A program made the position numbers and the translations under genes. Positions 1 through 9,037 of a stretch of DNA of 64,000 nt are shown here, piece after piece. The stretch is taken from contig JBAYIC010000006.1 in the NCBI GenBank assembly GCA_041665845.1, positions 4,892 to 68,891 of the forward strand, given 5' to 3'. Under the pieces are notes generated by a model, which was given only the letters and a program-made list of their open reading frames with translations, ran no database searches and was not told the origin of the DNA. The stretch is from Patescibacteria group bacterium. GTDB taxonomy: Bacteria > Patescibacteriota > Patescibacteriia > Patescibacteriales > UBA12465. Within the stretch, counting starts at the first letter, position 1. Each line of letters opens with the position of its first letter.

Positions 1-176
1 CAAGTAGTTGCTTCTCCGTCCCAGACTATCACGGCCTGACTAATAAAATTATTTATCTCTTTCGAAAATGGAACGCGAGTATATATACCAGCCCAAGCAG
101 AAAAACCTAAGGGGGCCCATTTCCCTCCAGAAAAATAGACTATCCAATCATCATGCCTATACTTATTTAAATCCAT
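1..176 (-). CDS. hypothetical protein, partial (3' end lies beyond the left window edge)
   Basis: The minus-strand frame is open from the ATG at 174-176 to position 1 (MDLNKYRHDDWIVYFSGGKWAPLGFSAWAGIYTRVPFSKEINNFISQAVIVWDGEATT...). No motif recognised and the start codon is uncertain. Confidence 0.25.
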   Translation of the reverse strand, partial: MDLNKYRHDDWIVYFSGGKWAPLGFSAWAGIYTRVPFSKEINNFISQAVIVWDGEATT

Positions 177-327
177 ATAATGATCGCTAAAAACAACATA
201 TTCGTTGTCTTTTTCATAAATATACTATATCTAAAATTGCAAATTAATACAATAAAAAAATAGAAGATCCAAAGTTTGAATCTTCTATTATAACTGATAA
301 CCTAATTGATTTTTTTAGTTTAGATTG

Positions 328-1563
328 TTAATAGTAAAATGTTCTCATGTAATCTCCGAACGTTTCCGCTCTTCGGATTAATTCTACGGTACCATCGGTA
401 CGAAGTATAAGTTCCTGGGGACGTAAGCGTCCATTATACTGAAACCCCATAGCATAACCATGAGCTCCGGTATCATGAATAACCAGAATATCACCATCTT
501 TGGTTTTAGGAAGTTCCCTTTGTTTGGCAAATTTATCATTGTTTTCACAAAGAGAGCCGACAACATCGACTGTTTCAGTTTCGCGGCCTTCACCGTTTAA
601 CACAGTAATGTGATGATAGGCATCGTATAACGCCGGCCTCATGAGTGAAGACATGCAAGCATCAACACCCACATACTCACGATACTTTGACATACGGTTA
701 ATAACCGTTGTTACTAAAGCACCGTAAGGACCGGTCATATAACGGCCGCATTCTATAAAAAGTTTGGGGACATAACCTTGCTGTTCCTGAAATTTTTCAA
801 GAAGATTTTTGGAAGTGCTAGCCAAAGATAGTAAATCAAAGGCTTGTTGATCTGGCCTATACGGAATACCAATTCCGCCGCCGATATTGATGAACTCAAA
901 TTTAATATTGAGCTCTTTTTGTATTCTTGCGGCTACATCCAAAAGCATTTTAACCGTTTCCGCAATATACAAATGATTGAGTTCGTTTGAACAAATCATA
1001 GTATGCAAACCGAAACGTTTTGCTCCGCGTTCCCCTGCTAAACGATAAGCTTCAACAATTTGGTCATCTCTGACACCATATTTGGCTTCCACTGGGTTGC
1101 CAATAAAAATTCCTCCTTCGCGCGTTGCTCCAGGATTATACCGAAAACAAATAAGTTCCGGCATCGAAGGCAACTTGCTAATCATGCTGATGTCATCCAA
1201 ATTTAGAATACATCCACCGCTTTTTAAAGCGGCTGTAAACTCCTCGGGTGAGGTGTTGTTAGAGGTAAACATGATCTGCTCACCTTTAGCACCAACCATC
1301 CGGCACATTTCAAGTTCAGGAATGGAACTGCAATCAAATCCAAAACCTAATTTCAACATAATCTTTAAAATGATTACATTGGGGCAGGCCTTGACGGCGA
1401 AGAATTCCTGAAAGTCAGGGAAACCAGGAAACAATGTCTTCAAAACTTCTCCATTTCTAACGATTCCCACTTCATCATAGATATGAAACGGAGTGCCGAA
1501 TCTTTGTACTATTTCCGGAAGAATCGGATATAGTCTTTCTTCAAATTCTTTTTCTAATGGCAT
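328..1563 (-). CDS. PLP-dependent Orn/DAP/Arg decarboxylase family protein (diaminopimelate/ornithine decarboxylase-like)
   Basis: 411-aa ORF. Motifs: FAVKACPN (PLP-lysine), GFGFDCSS, GGGIGIPY, ECGRY and CENND, as in alanine-racemase-fold decarboxylases. Substrate cannot be assigned by eye. Confidence 0.75.
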   Translation of the reverse strand: MPLEKEFEERLYPILPEIVQRFGTPFHIYDEVGIVRNGEVLKTLFPGFPDFQEFFAVKACPNVIILKIMLKLGFGFDCSSIPELEMCRMVGAKGEQIMFTSNNTSPEEFTAALKSGGCILNLDDISMISKLPSMPELICFRYNPGATREGGIFIGNPVEAKYGVRDDQIVEAYRLAGERGAKRFGLHTMICSNELNHLYIAETVKMLLDVAARIQKELNIKFEFINIGGGIGIPYRPDQQAFDLLSLASTSKNLLEKFQEQQGYVPKLFIECGRYMTGPYGALVTTVINRMSKYREYVGVDACMSSLMRPALYDAYHHITVLNGEGRETETVDVVGSLCENNDKFAKQRELPKTKDGDILVIHDTGAHGYAMGFQYNGRLRPQELILRTDGTVELIRRAETFGDYMRTFYY

Positions 1564-1662
1564 GGTTTTTTCCTTTCTATTAAATGGTTTATGAAACTTA
1601 TTTTATCTGTTATTGTTAAATTACTGCGAATTGCTGAACTATAATTATAAAAATTATAATTT

Positions 1663-1688
1663 AAAAAAGAATAGCATGGGGGCTATTC
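1663..1688 (-). terminator. intrinsic terminator-like hairpin downstream of the PAP2-like gene
   Basis: Minus-strand reading GAATAGC-CCCCAT-GCTATTC followed by TTTTTT. Confidence 0.5.
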
Positions 1689-1787
1689 TTCTGTCAACGA
1701 TGTGTGTGACCTTGTACATGCATTTGTTCGAAAAGTGAGGGTTGGCTGATTAAGATGATTTTGAATAAAAAAAGAGAGCCTTAACAC

Positions 1788-2375
1788 TTAAAAGCTCCCT
1801 CGTAATCTATCCTTAAAAAGAAAAAATAAATAAAAATAGATAGTAGTAACTATAATCCCAGCCATCACATCAATAATATAATGTTGTTTCACAAATATCA
1901 CAGAAATCATGATAATCATTCCCCAAATTATAAAAAAATATCTCATCTTTTTTGATATACCGAGTAATTGGGCGGACAATAGTGTTAGAAAAATTAAAGA
2001 TACATGCAGACTGGGAAGGCAATTTTGCGGATTATCACAATTTAATAAAAATTTATTTACCGCACAAAGTGAGTTGAGGTCGTAATTTCTAGGAAACTCA
2101 ACGGGGTAAAAAATAAATATTAAAGCATGAACAACAACTAAACCTGTAGCTAATCGAATAAATTTTTTTGTATCATTTTTGATTGAGAGACAAAAAGCAA
2201 CAATGTAGAATACCCAAGAAACGTAAGGAATCATCCAATATTCATGCATTGTGATACTTTTTTCAAATGAAAACAATGGTAACTCATGCGCAGTAAACAG
2301 TTTTATATTATTTGTACCGAAATAAATTGTTCCCCATAACAAACCACAAAAGATAATACTTTTAATTTTCATCAC
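1788..2375 (-). CDS. PAP2-superfamily (PAP2_C / sphingomyelin-synthase-like) membrane phosphatase-like protein
   Basis: 195 aa, multi-pass hydrophobic. PSLHVS and QHYIIDV resemble the C2/C3 (SGH ... HxxxD) motifs of PAP2 enzymes. Confidence 0.5.
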   Translation of the reverse strand: MMKIKSIIFCGLLWGTIYFGTNNIKLFTAHELPLFSFEKSITMHEYWMIPYVSWVFYIVAFCLSIKNDTKKFIRLATGLVVVHALIFIFYPVEFPRNYDLNSLCAVNKFLLNCDNPQNCLPSLHVSLIFLTLLSAQLLGISKKMRYFFIIWGMIIMISVIFVKQHYIIDVMAGIIVTTIYFYLFFLFKDRLRGSF

Positions 2376-2440
2376 CTAAAATTTTAAAAGTTCTAAAACA
2401 AATATTACATAATATTATAATTTTGTCAATAGCGACGCAA

Positions 2441-2476
2441 AATAAAAAATAAAACCCGCCAGAAATTGACGGGTTT
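2441..2476 (-). terminator. intrinsic terminator downstream of purF
   Basis: Minus-strand AAACCCG-(11 nt)-CGGGTTT stem followed by TTATTTTTTATTTT. Confidence 0.55.
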
Positions 2477-2501
2477 CAACCACATACATTAATATTATTC
2501 T

Positions 2502-4010
2502 TTATTCTGCAATATATTTTGGAAGTTCCGGATAAGAGCCACCAAAGCAACCACCACAAATACCGCCACCATAGGTTTCAGCAACAACTTTATAGAGCCC
2601 GGCGGGTTGTAGATAGATAAGCTCATCGGCGCCAATAGTTTGTTTAATAACTTCCAGGCTGCGCTTATAAGCAATCAACTGGGTTCGCGTTTGAAAATCC
2701 ATTCCGTTAGGACAAACATTAACAATGGGTGGAAAGCAAACACAGAAAATTACTTTTTTCGCGCCCGCCTGCTGTAGCATCTCGACAATTATTTTCGCCG
2801 TATGACTACGAACAATTGAATCATCGACAACAATAATTTCCTTACCAACGATAGCCTCTTTTTTTAAATGAAGCTTTTGGCGAATTACTGAAATTCGTTC
2901 TTCAGTAGTAGTAGCTGTAAACGAGCGAGATTGCCCACCCAAGGGTTCGTGCGCTCTTTGAAAAGCTTCTTCGTATAAATCTCCATTATGGACTTGCAGC
3001 CGAGTGCTCAAAACATGAGCGAGACCTTGAGCAAAATGTTTGCCCGAGTCCAAAATTGGAACCACAAGGTCGCCTTTTAATTCCGGGTTTTCTAAAACAA
3101 TCTGCTCTCCAATTTTCCGGCGAAAATCCTCATTATAGATTCCCTTGTTCTTAGAACGAGGATTGGAAAAATAAATGCTTTCAAAGACGCAGAAAAATTC
3201 TTCCGCCCGAGCATAAATCAGGCTTTTAAATTTTTCCGACTTTTTTTCAAAAATCAACATTTCTCCAGGCGCAACGTCTCGTAAAAATTCCGCTCCGACA
3301 AATTGATCAAAAGAAACGGTTTCCGAACAGACCATAAATCCTGAACCGAGTTTAGCGACGCTTAAAGGACGAACGCCATAACGGTCACGGATAGCGAAGA
3401 TTTTATCGCGAGTAATAATAAGTAGAGCATAGGAACAGAAAACTTTATCCAAAGCATAAAGAATCGCGTTCTCAATTTTCTTCTCCCCAGACGATAAAAT
3501 CAGATGGATTAAAATTTCCGTATCCGATGTAGCATCGAACTTACAACCACTTTGTTTAAGTTCAGCTTTCAAATTTTCAACGTTCACCAAAGTACCGTTG
3601 TGAGCAATGGCAAAAGGGCCATATTTAGACTCAGTCACGATTAGGGGTTGGATATTCGCCACCAAACCCGGATCACCTTTAGTCGCATAACGACAATGGG
3701 CGATGGCCATGTTTCCTGGAAGTTCTCGGCGAAAACGTTTTTCATCAAAATCCCGGAACTGAACACTGAAAGGACCAACGCGACGCCTTTCATAGATTTT
3801 CCCTTGACGCTGAGATACAACGCCGCCGCCTTTTTCCCCGCGTTTTTCAATCACAGTAATTAATTGTCCAGCTACCCAAGAGGCGCTTGGTATATTAATT
3901 GCTGCTGCTAAACCACAATTTTCAGGAAATAAATCCCGAAAATTAAAACCTGGCTCTTTACAAAATTTCAATTGCAAAGAACATTGCTTAGAACTAAATT
4001 TTTTTGTCAT
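2502..4010 (-). CDS. purF: amidophosphoribosyltransferase (glutamine PRPP amidotransferase)
   Basis: Ntn Cys in ..ENCGLAAA. Other motifs: HCRYATKG, IAHNGTLVN, DTEILIHL, VVDDSIVRSHT (PRPP loop), C-terminal CGGCFGGSYP. 31 residues precede the catalytic Cys. Confidence 0.85.
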   Translation of the reverse strand: MTKKFSSKQCSLQLKFCKEPGFNFRDLFPENCGLAAAINIPSASWVAGQLITVIEKRGEKGGGVVSQRQGKIYERRRVGPFSVQFRDFDEKRFRRELPGNMAIAHCRYATKGDPGLVANIQPLIVTESKYGPFAIAHNGTLVNVENLKAELKQSGCKFDATSDTEILIHLILSSGEKKIENAILYALDKVFCSYALLIITRDKIFAIRDRYGVRPLSVAKLGSGFMVCSETVSFDQFVGAEFLRDVAPGEMLIFEKKSEKFKSLIYARAEEFFCVFESIYFSNPRSKNKGIYNEDFRRKIGEQIVLENPELKGDLVVPILDSGKHFAQGLAHVLSTRLQVHNGDLYEEAFQRAHEPLGGQSRSFTATTTEERISVIRQKLHLKKEAIVGKEIIVVDDSIVRSHTAKIIVEMLQQAGAKKVIFCVCFPPIVNVCPNGMDFQTRTQLIAYKRSLEVIKQTIGADELIYLQPAGLYKVVAETYGGGICGGCFGGSYPELPKYIAE

Positions 4011-4125
4011 TTCTGATTGGTATTTTTTGGTTAAATAATAAATTTTAAAGGACTAAATTAATAAAAAAATATACCATTGCTAGTATATTTAGTCAACCAA
4101 ACATATTTATTTAATTCATATGAAT

Positions 4126-5424
4126 TTACCTTTCAAATATTTCAGGATTTCTAAATGATTCGTTTGCGTCACAGATACCAGATTGAACTTCGACCTTGAG
4201 ATGAATATCATCAACTAACTGCAATAAATATTTAGTCCCTTTTTTGGTAATTGTCTTACCGTCTTTATTTAGATAAGAGCCATCGAAATTATCATCACTT
4301 TGATAACAGTAAATCTTACCATCGACATTCACTTCAGAGAATTCCCGATTGATAGTACCGGAATGAGTCGATGTAAAAGTATAACTCACAACACCCGCCA
4401 TCGACATCTTAGCCAAGTTTGGTTTGAGATTATCGTGAATTAGCGCTAACGCTTCTTGATCGGTTATATTTCCTGGTTTGAGAGAATTTTTGAACCAAGC
4501 TCCAGCAGCCGTACCTGCAACATCATACATGACCTCGCCACACACCGGTTCGATAGTACGTTGTGAGAACGATATTTCACCATTATTATTATCATTACTC
4601 CCAAACTTAGCCCTATATTTAGCTCTTAGCTCTGGCGTATAATAATCAACAAAACAGGCAGTATGGTTAGTTTCATTATAATATCTATCAGGATTAATAA
4701 AAGCCAAAGCCGGTTTATTAAAGTCATAAAGACCAATATCAAAATTTACTTGTGATTTTCCTACTTTATCAGTAAATCCAAAGTAACCGATAAGTTCGCC
4801 TGGTTCCAATATCACTTGAACAAATTTTGGATGACAAGTTTTGTAATATATCGGTTTTCCATTTCTAGTGCCAAAATCAATTTTTTGATCATCCTCACAA
4901 TTGGAATCCACTTTTTCTGTGAAAGCTGATGATAATTTATCTGATAATTTTGTAAGATGGATAAAAGTTAAATTAATACCGCGACAGGGTGCAAAGCTGA
5001 GCTGATAATCAGGTGCGACTTTTTCATCAGTTTCCTTATAGTACATTTGTTTGTTTTCCATTCCGATCAAAATTATTCTTCCCGGCGCATAGATTGGTGT
5101 ATCCGGGGCAAAAATATTGTTACTTGGATAAACATGATCAGTTGGAACAACATGGCCAGACATGCTAGAGTGACCAAGCGGGATAATCATGTCCGGCTTA
5201 TCACCATCCATAAACGGCGCAGTAAAAAGTCCGGAAGTATCGACTGGGCAGACGGGAAGATTTCTGGCTAAAGCGATATTTTGTTCTTGAGCTATTTTCT
5301 TTTTGTCATAAGCTTTATTTTCATCTTGTTCACGAAAATCATTAATGATGATACTAAAAATGATCAATATTATTATAATACCGGATCCAAGCCATAAAAA
5401 CCGTTTGAAAAAAAGTTTTTTCAT
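4126..5424 (-). CDS. membrane-anchored hypothetical protein (large extracytoplasmic domain)
   Basis: 432 aa with an N-terminal TM segment (FLWLGSGIIIILIIFSIII). No family recognised. Confidence 0.6.
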   Translation of the reverse strand: MKKLFFKRFLWLGSGIIIILIIFSIIINDFREQDENKAYDKKKIAQEQNIALARNLPVCPVDTSGLFTAPFMDGDKPDMIIPLGHSSMSGHVVPTDHVYPSNNIFAPDTPIYAPGRIILIGMENKQMYYKETDEKVAPDYQLSFAPCRGINLTFIHLTKLSDKLSSAFTEKVDSNCEDDQKIDFGTRNGKPIYYKTCHPKFVQVILEPGELIGYFGFTDKVGKSQVNFDIGLYDFNKPALAFINPDRYYNETNHTACFVDYYTPELRAKYRAKFGSNDNNNGEISFSQRTIEPVCGEVMYDVAGTAAGAWFKNSLKPGNITDQEALALIHDNLKPNLAKMSMAGVVSYTFTSTHSGTINREFSEVNVDGKIYCYQSDDNFDGSYLNKDGKTITKKGTKYLLQLVDDIHLKVEVQSGICDANESFRNPEIFER

Positions 5425-5517
5425 AATTAAAATTTGATAAAATTAGCCATAATCAAAACAAACCCCGCTCCTAAAAGACAACCAGCCATTTTACCAACAG
5501 CGGATTTCAACTTTGAT

Positions 5518-6591
5518 TCATATACTCTCTTTTAGAATTCTAACTATTCCATTATTTGCATCGACTTCTACTAAGTCGCCATCCTTTATAACCTTACTGG
5601 CATTTTCAGTCGCTAAAATACACGGCTTTTTCAATTCTCTAGCGACAATCGCGGCATGTGATAATAGCCCTCCAGCATCAGTTACAAAGGCAGATGCTTT
5701 TTTCATTAAAGATAAAAATTCTGGCCTAGTCATTCCCGTAATCAAAACATCTCCTTTATCAAATTTTTTCACTTTAAACGGATCCAGAATTATTCTTGCT
5801 ACACCCTTGGCTATACCTTTATAGGCAATAGTCCCCTTTAATTCGTTTCCCATAAAATTTACGAGGTGTTTTTGTAAATCAACATAAGCGCTACCGGTAA
5901 GTAATTTCACATTCTTTCCTTGGCAAAAAAATGCCAAACCATTCGAACGGCTAACAAGCTCTTTCCTGGAGGGTAATTTGTTATTCTTCAGATACAGTTC
6001 AACCTCGTCTATTGTTAAGAAATCTACTAAACCCAGTGGGTGTCCTGATTTTTTAGCAATTAACTTTGTATATTTTCTCAAGGCCGAATCTACGGCATTA
6101 AATAAATTTTCTGTTTTTAACCTAGCGGCGGTAAGTTCAAAAGTTAATTTTTTTTGTAATTTTAAAGGTAAATAATCAATTACTTTTTTCATTGAGAAAT
6201 GCGGAGGAATATGCAGATAAAAATTAGTTTTAAGCTCTAAAAGATTAGATAGCGTAAGATTGTTATTATTTTCTAGCTTCGCCATTATTTTAAATAGATT
6301 TTCAGCCGTAGTGATAGTATCTTTCGCCCATTTTGTAGCCAATTTATTATTTTTAATAACTAAGTTGGCTGTATACTTACAATAATTATCCAATACTTTT
6401 TTAGCTATATAGTTTGAGCTAACTTTTTTTTCACAAATTAATAAATTAGTATCTAAGTTTCTGCCGATATATGGCTTTAAGCCGTCCGTATATGCATAAT
6501 ATAAAGTCGTGAAGGTTGTGCGCCAATTCCCCGACCAATTTTTAACCCATTTTTCGGATTTGATTTGAGAAATATTTGATATTTTATTCAT
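5518..6591 (-). CDS. PEP-utilising enzyme mobile (swivel phosphohistidine) domain protein
   Basis: The C-terminal ~90 aa, GDVLITGMTRPEF...FVTDAGGLLSHAAIVARELKKPCI, match the phosphohistidine swivel domain of PEP synthase, PPDK and rifampin phosphotransferase. The N-terminal ~260 aa are unassigned and no ATP-grasp is seen. Confidence 0.7.
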   Translation of the reverse strand: MNKISNISQIKSEKWVKNWSGNWRTTFTTLYYAYTDGLKPYIGRNLDTNLLICEKKVSSNYIAKKVLDNYCKYTANLVIKNNKLATKWAKDTITTAENLFKIMAKLENNNNLTLSNLLELKTNFYLHIPPHFSMKKVIDYLPLKLQKKLTFELTAARLKTENLFNAVDSALRKYTKLIAKKSGHPLGLVDFLTIDEVELYLKNNKLPSRKELVSRSNGLAFFCQGKNVKLLTGSAYVDLQKHLVNFMGNELKGTIAYKGIAKGVARIILDPFKVKKFDKGDVLITGMTRPEFLSLMKKASAFVTDAGGLLSHAAIVARELKKPCILATENASKVIKDGDLVEVDANNGIVRILKESI

Positions 6592-7234
6592 AACAGAATT
6601 TAATAGACTTTATTTTATTATAAATCATTCCGGCAAGTTTTATATGACTTTCTTTTGTAGGATGAAGACCATCAATTCCAACAGTCAGCCCACTAGCGTT
6701 AATAAAATAACATTTATTATTTTTAGCAATATTTTGGTAGATAAATTTTAATTTTTTAGATTTCTTTTCACCTCCGATATATCTTTCCTGACAATATTTG
6801 GTTTTTTCATTAATAACTGGCAATGAAATAATTAATAATTTTGGGTATTTGTCTTGAAATTGTGATTTTCTATTGAGAATTACTTTAACAAAAAATTCAT
6901 CTAAGAGGTCGCCTATTTTTTCAGGAGAATTTTTATATGTGTGCTTTAATTCGTTCACTCCCAACATTAAAACAACTAAATCTAGCGGGTCATGAGTATC
7001 TAAGCAAGGAGTAATATATAAACTCCCATTTCGACCCTCTTTGCCAGGTCTTTGGTCTTCGGAGATTAGAGTTCTGCTGTTTAAACCTTCTTCGATAATC
7101 TCGTATTTAGTCCCCAACATTTTTTGTAACACTTTCGGGAATCTTATACTTTCAGGAAATCTTTCATGATTACTGCCGGGAATATAGCCCCAGGTATACG
7201 AGTCTCCAAAACACATGATTCTTATTTTATTCAT
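6584..7234 (-). CDS. SGNH/GDSL-family hydrolase
   Basis: N-terminal block I CFGDSYTWG (GDS), block III GVNE, block V DGLHPT. Overlaps the upstream gene by 8 nt. Confidence 0.75.
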   Translation of the reverse strand: MNKIRIMCFGDSYTWGYIPGSNHERFPESIRFPKVLQKMLGTKYEIIEEGLNSRTLISEDQRPGKEGRNGSLYITPCLDTHDPLDLVVLMLGVNELKHTYKNSPEKIGDLLDEFFVKVILNRKSQFQDKYPKLLIISLPVINEKTKYCQERYIGGEKKSKKLKFIYQNIAKNNKCYFINASGLTVGIDGLHPTKESHIKLAGMIYNKIKSIKFCYE

Positions 7235-7253
7235 ATTATTTATTAACTATATA

Positions 7254-7289
7254 ACAAAAATACCACGAAAAATGGTATTTTGTCTATTG
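7254..7289 (-). repeat. recurrent intergenic hairpin module, copy 1
   Basis: acaaaaataccacgaaaaatggtattttgtctattg, nearly identical to 16314-16349 and 17285-17320. Lies 20 nt upstream of the SGNH gene start. Confidence 0.7.
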
Positions 7290-7308
7290 ACTCACTTCAT
7301 TTATCTAA

Positions 7309-7848
7309 TTAAACTGCTAACTTTATAACTCCATTATATTTCTCACTAAAAATTTTCCCAGAATATTTAGGTAGTAACTTTAAACTCTCTATCGGAGATT
7401 TTTTAGAATATGAAAAGAATATTTTTGTACTAAAATCCTTTTTTAATAAATCATCAGCGAATTGGCATTTATCCAAATCTCCAGAAAAAATAACAAGTTT
7501 TAGGTCTTTTACGGCATCGAATAATTTTTGGCTATATGAATCTATGTTTTTTATTAGAACTACTCTTTCTAACAAGTCTGCGGTATTTTTAATAATATCA
7601 ATAAAATCGTCTTCACTTTCAGAATCAATTATTAAAGCATTATTCAAATCCACACCAACCTGTCTTCTAAATTCTTCCTTGGCTGCCTGATGGGCAGAAA
7701 ATAAAATTACTTTATGTCCATCTTTTAATAGATTGGCTAACAAACAAATGGTAAAAAAAGAGGATCCAGTCTTTTCTGCACCAGAGATTAAAATAGGCAA
7801 ATCATTTAATGAAAAATCAATTTTTTTATTATCTAATAATGCATCCAT
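7309..7848 (-). CDS. hypothetical protein with degenerate P-loop-like segment
   Basis: 179 aa. ILISGAEKTGSSFF resembles a Walker A loop but lacks the GK[ST] lysine. Confidence 0.5.
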   Translation of the reverse strand: MDALLDNKKIDFSLNDLPILISGAEKTGSSFFTICLLANLLKDGHKVILFSAHQAAKEEFRRQVGVDLNNALIIDSESEDDFIDIIKNTADLLERVVLIKNIDSYSQKLFDAVKDLKLVIFSGDLDKCQFADDLLKKDFSTKIFFSYSKKSPIESLKLLPKYSGKIFSEKYNGVIKLAV

Positions 7849-7849
7849 G

Positions 7850-8317
7850 CTATTTAATTACTTTATAAAATACGCTCATATTATTTTCCAATTTACATAA
7901 CTCTTCATAACCCATTCTTTCATAAAAATCGTAAGCGGTATTTTTATATTTTTCAGCACTCCGAATAAATAATTCTGTATAACCAAGTTTTTCGGCTTCT
8001 TGTTCTAAAAATTTTATCATTTGCTTACCAACCCCTTTACCGCGATGGCTATCATCAATGTAAAGTATTTTTATCTCTCCTGGATTATTTGTCGTAGCTA
8101 ATGACAAAATAAATGGCAACGGTTTAGCTAAGCCACCCACCCCGATGACTAGTTCTTGGTCTTTAATAACCCAAAAGTTCATAGAATACTCCGTCTGACC
8201 ATTAATTTCGGAATTTATTCGAGACAAATACTTATCGACTTCCTCTAGCTCAGCCCATTGCTCTAGGATTTTGCGAATCATTTCTAAATCTTTAATTTTT
8301 GGCTTTTCTATTAGCAT
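7850..8317 (-). CDS. GNAT-family N-acetyltransferase
   Basis: 155 aa. Acetyl-CoA motif A: HRGKGVGKQMIKFLEQEA. Confidence 0.8.
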   Translation of the reverse strand: MLIEKPKIKDLEMIRKILEQWAELEEVDKYLSRINSEINGQTEYSMNFWVIKDQELVIGVGGLAKPLPFILSLATTNNPGEIKILYIDDSHRGKGVGKQMIKFLEQEAEKLGYTELFIRSAEKYKNTAYDFYERMGYEELCKLENNMSVFYKVIK

Positions 8318-8326
8318 GTTTCCAAT

Positions 8327-8956
8327 TTACTTTATAAGCACCTGATAATCTTTAAGCATTCCCGATACAATAAGTTGTACCAATTTAGCTGAGTCTTCTC
8401 GAGCAGAATTAAAAATACTCTCATCAGCAGTTACCTGATTATTTGCCCTCTCAATTAAGGTTATAAGAGCAAGGTTATAATCATCATTCTGAGTATTTTT
8501 CAAAAGACCCTTTAATTTCTCAACAATTGATTTGTCCACTGCAAAATCAAGTTCTCCTGAAAGTGATGAATCAAGAATTTCAGCGTGAGGCAAACTTATT
8601 GTCACAAGCTTTTTTGAAGAATCAACGACAATATTTTCAAGACGCATATTTTTCATATCAACACCAACGTCTACTCTGATTAGCCCCATAACGGTAAGCT
8701 TCTTTCCAGTAAATAAATCTGTCCAATCATTATTTTTTGGCGTATCTATTTCTACTTTACTATTTAAAAATACAGTTTTAGTAACTAAAAAGTATTGGTT
8801 TGTAATTCGTTCTAAAATAACTTGAGAATTAACGATTGGTGGTCTGTTTTCAAGATTAGCGGCAACTTTACCTTGATAACGGCCATAAAAAAAGACGGCC
8901 ACAAGAATTAAGAGGGCAGCGACAAAAAAAATTACAATCACTTTAATACGGTTCAT
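8327..8956 (-). CDS. membrane-anchored hypothetical protein (possibly DUF4230-like)
   Basis: 209 aa with an N-terminal TM (VIVIFFVAALLILVAVFFY). The family guess comes from size and architecture only. Confidence 0.45.
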   Translation of the reverse strand: MNRIKVIVIFFVAALLILVAVFFYGRYQGKVAANLENRPPIVNSQVILERITNQYFLVTKTVFLNSKVEIDTPKNNDWTDLFTGKKLTVMGLIRVDVGVDMKNMRLENIVVDSSKKLVTISLPHAEILDSSLSGELDFAVDKSIVEKLKGLLKNTQNDDYNLALITLIERANNQVTADESIFNSAREDSAKLVQLIVSGMLKDYQVLIK

Positions 8957-9037
8957 TTATTTAAGTATTAGTTTACTAGTCTATTATTTATAGCATAAAA
9001 TCATCGAAAAATCGAGACATAAAATATCAACTTTATT

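Noticed and set aside
1082-1411. Antisense ORFs within well-supported genes (1082-1411 +, 3648-3863 +, 5513-5824 +, 11060-11443 +, 15280-15600 +, 31732-32043 +)
   Set aside because: Each overlaps a longer ORF with clear family motifs or a better coding appearance. There is no independent support.
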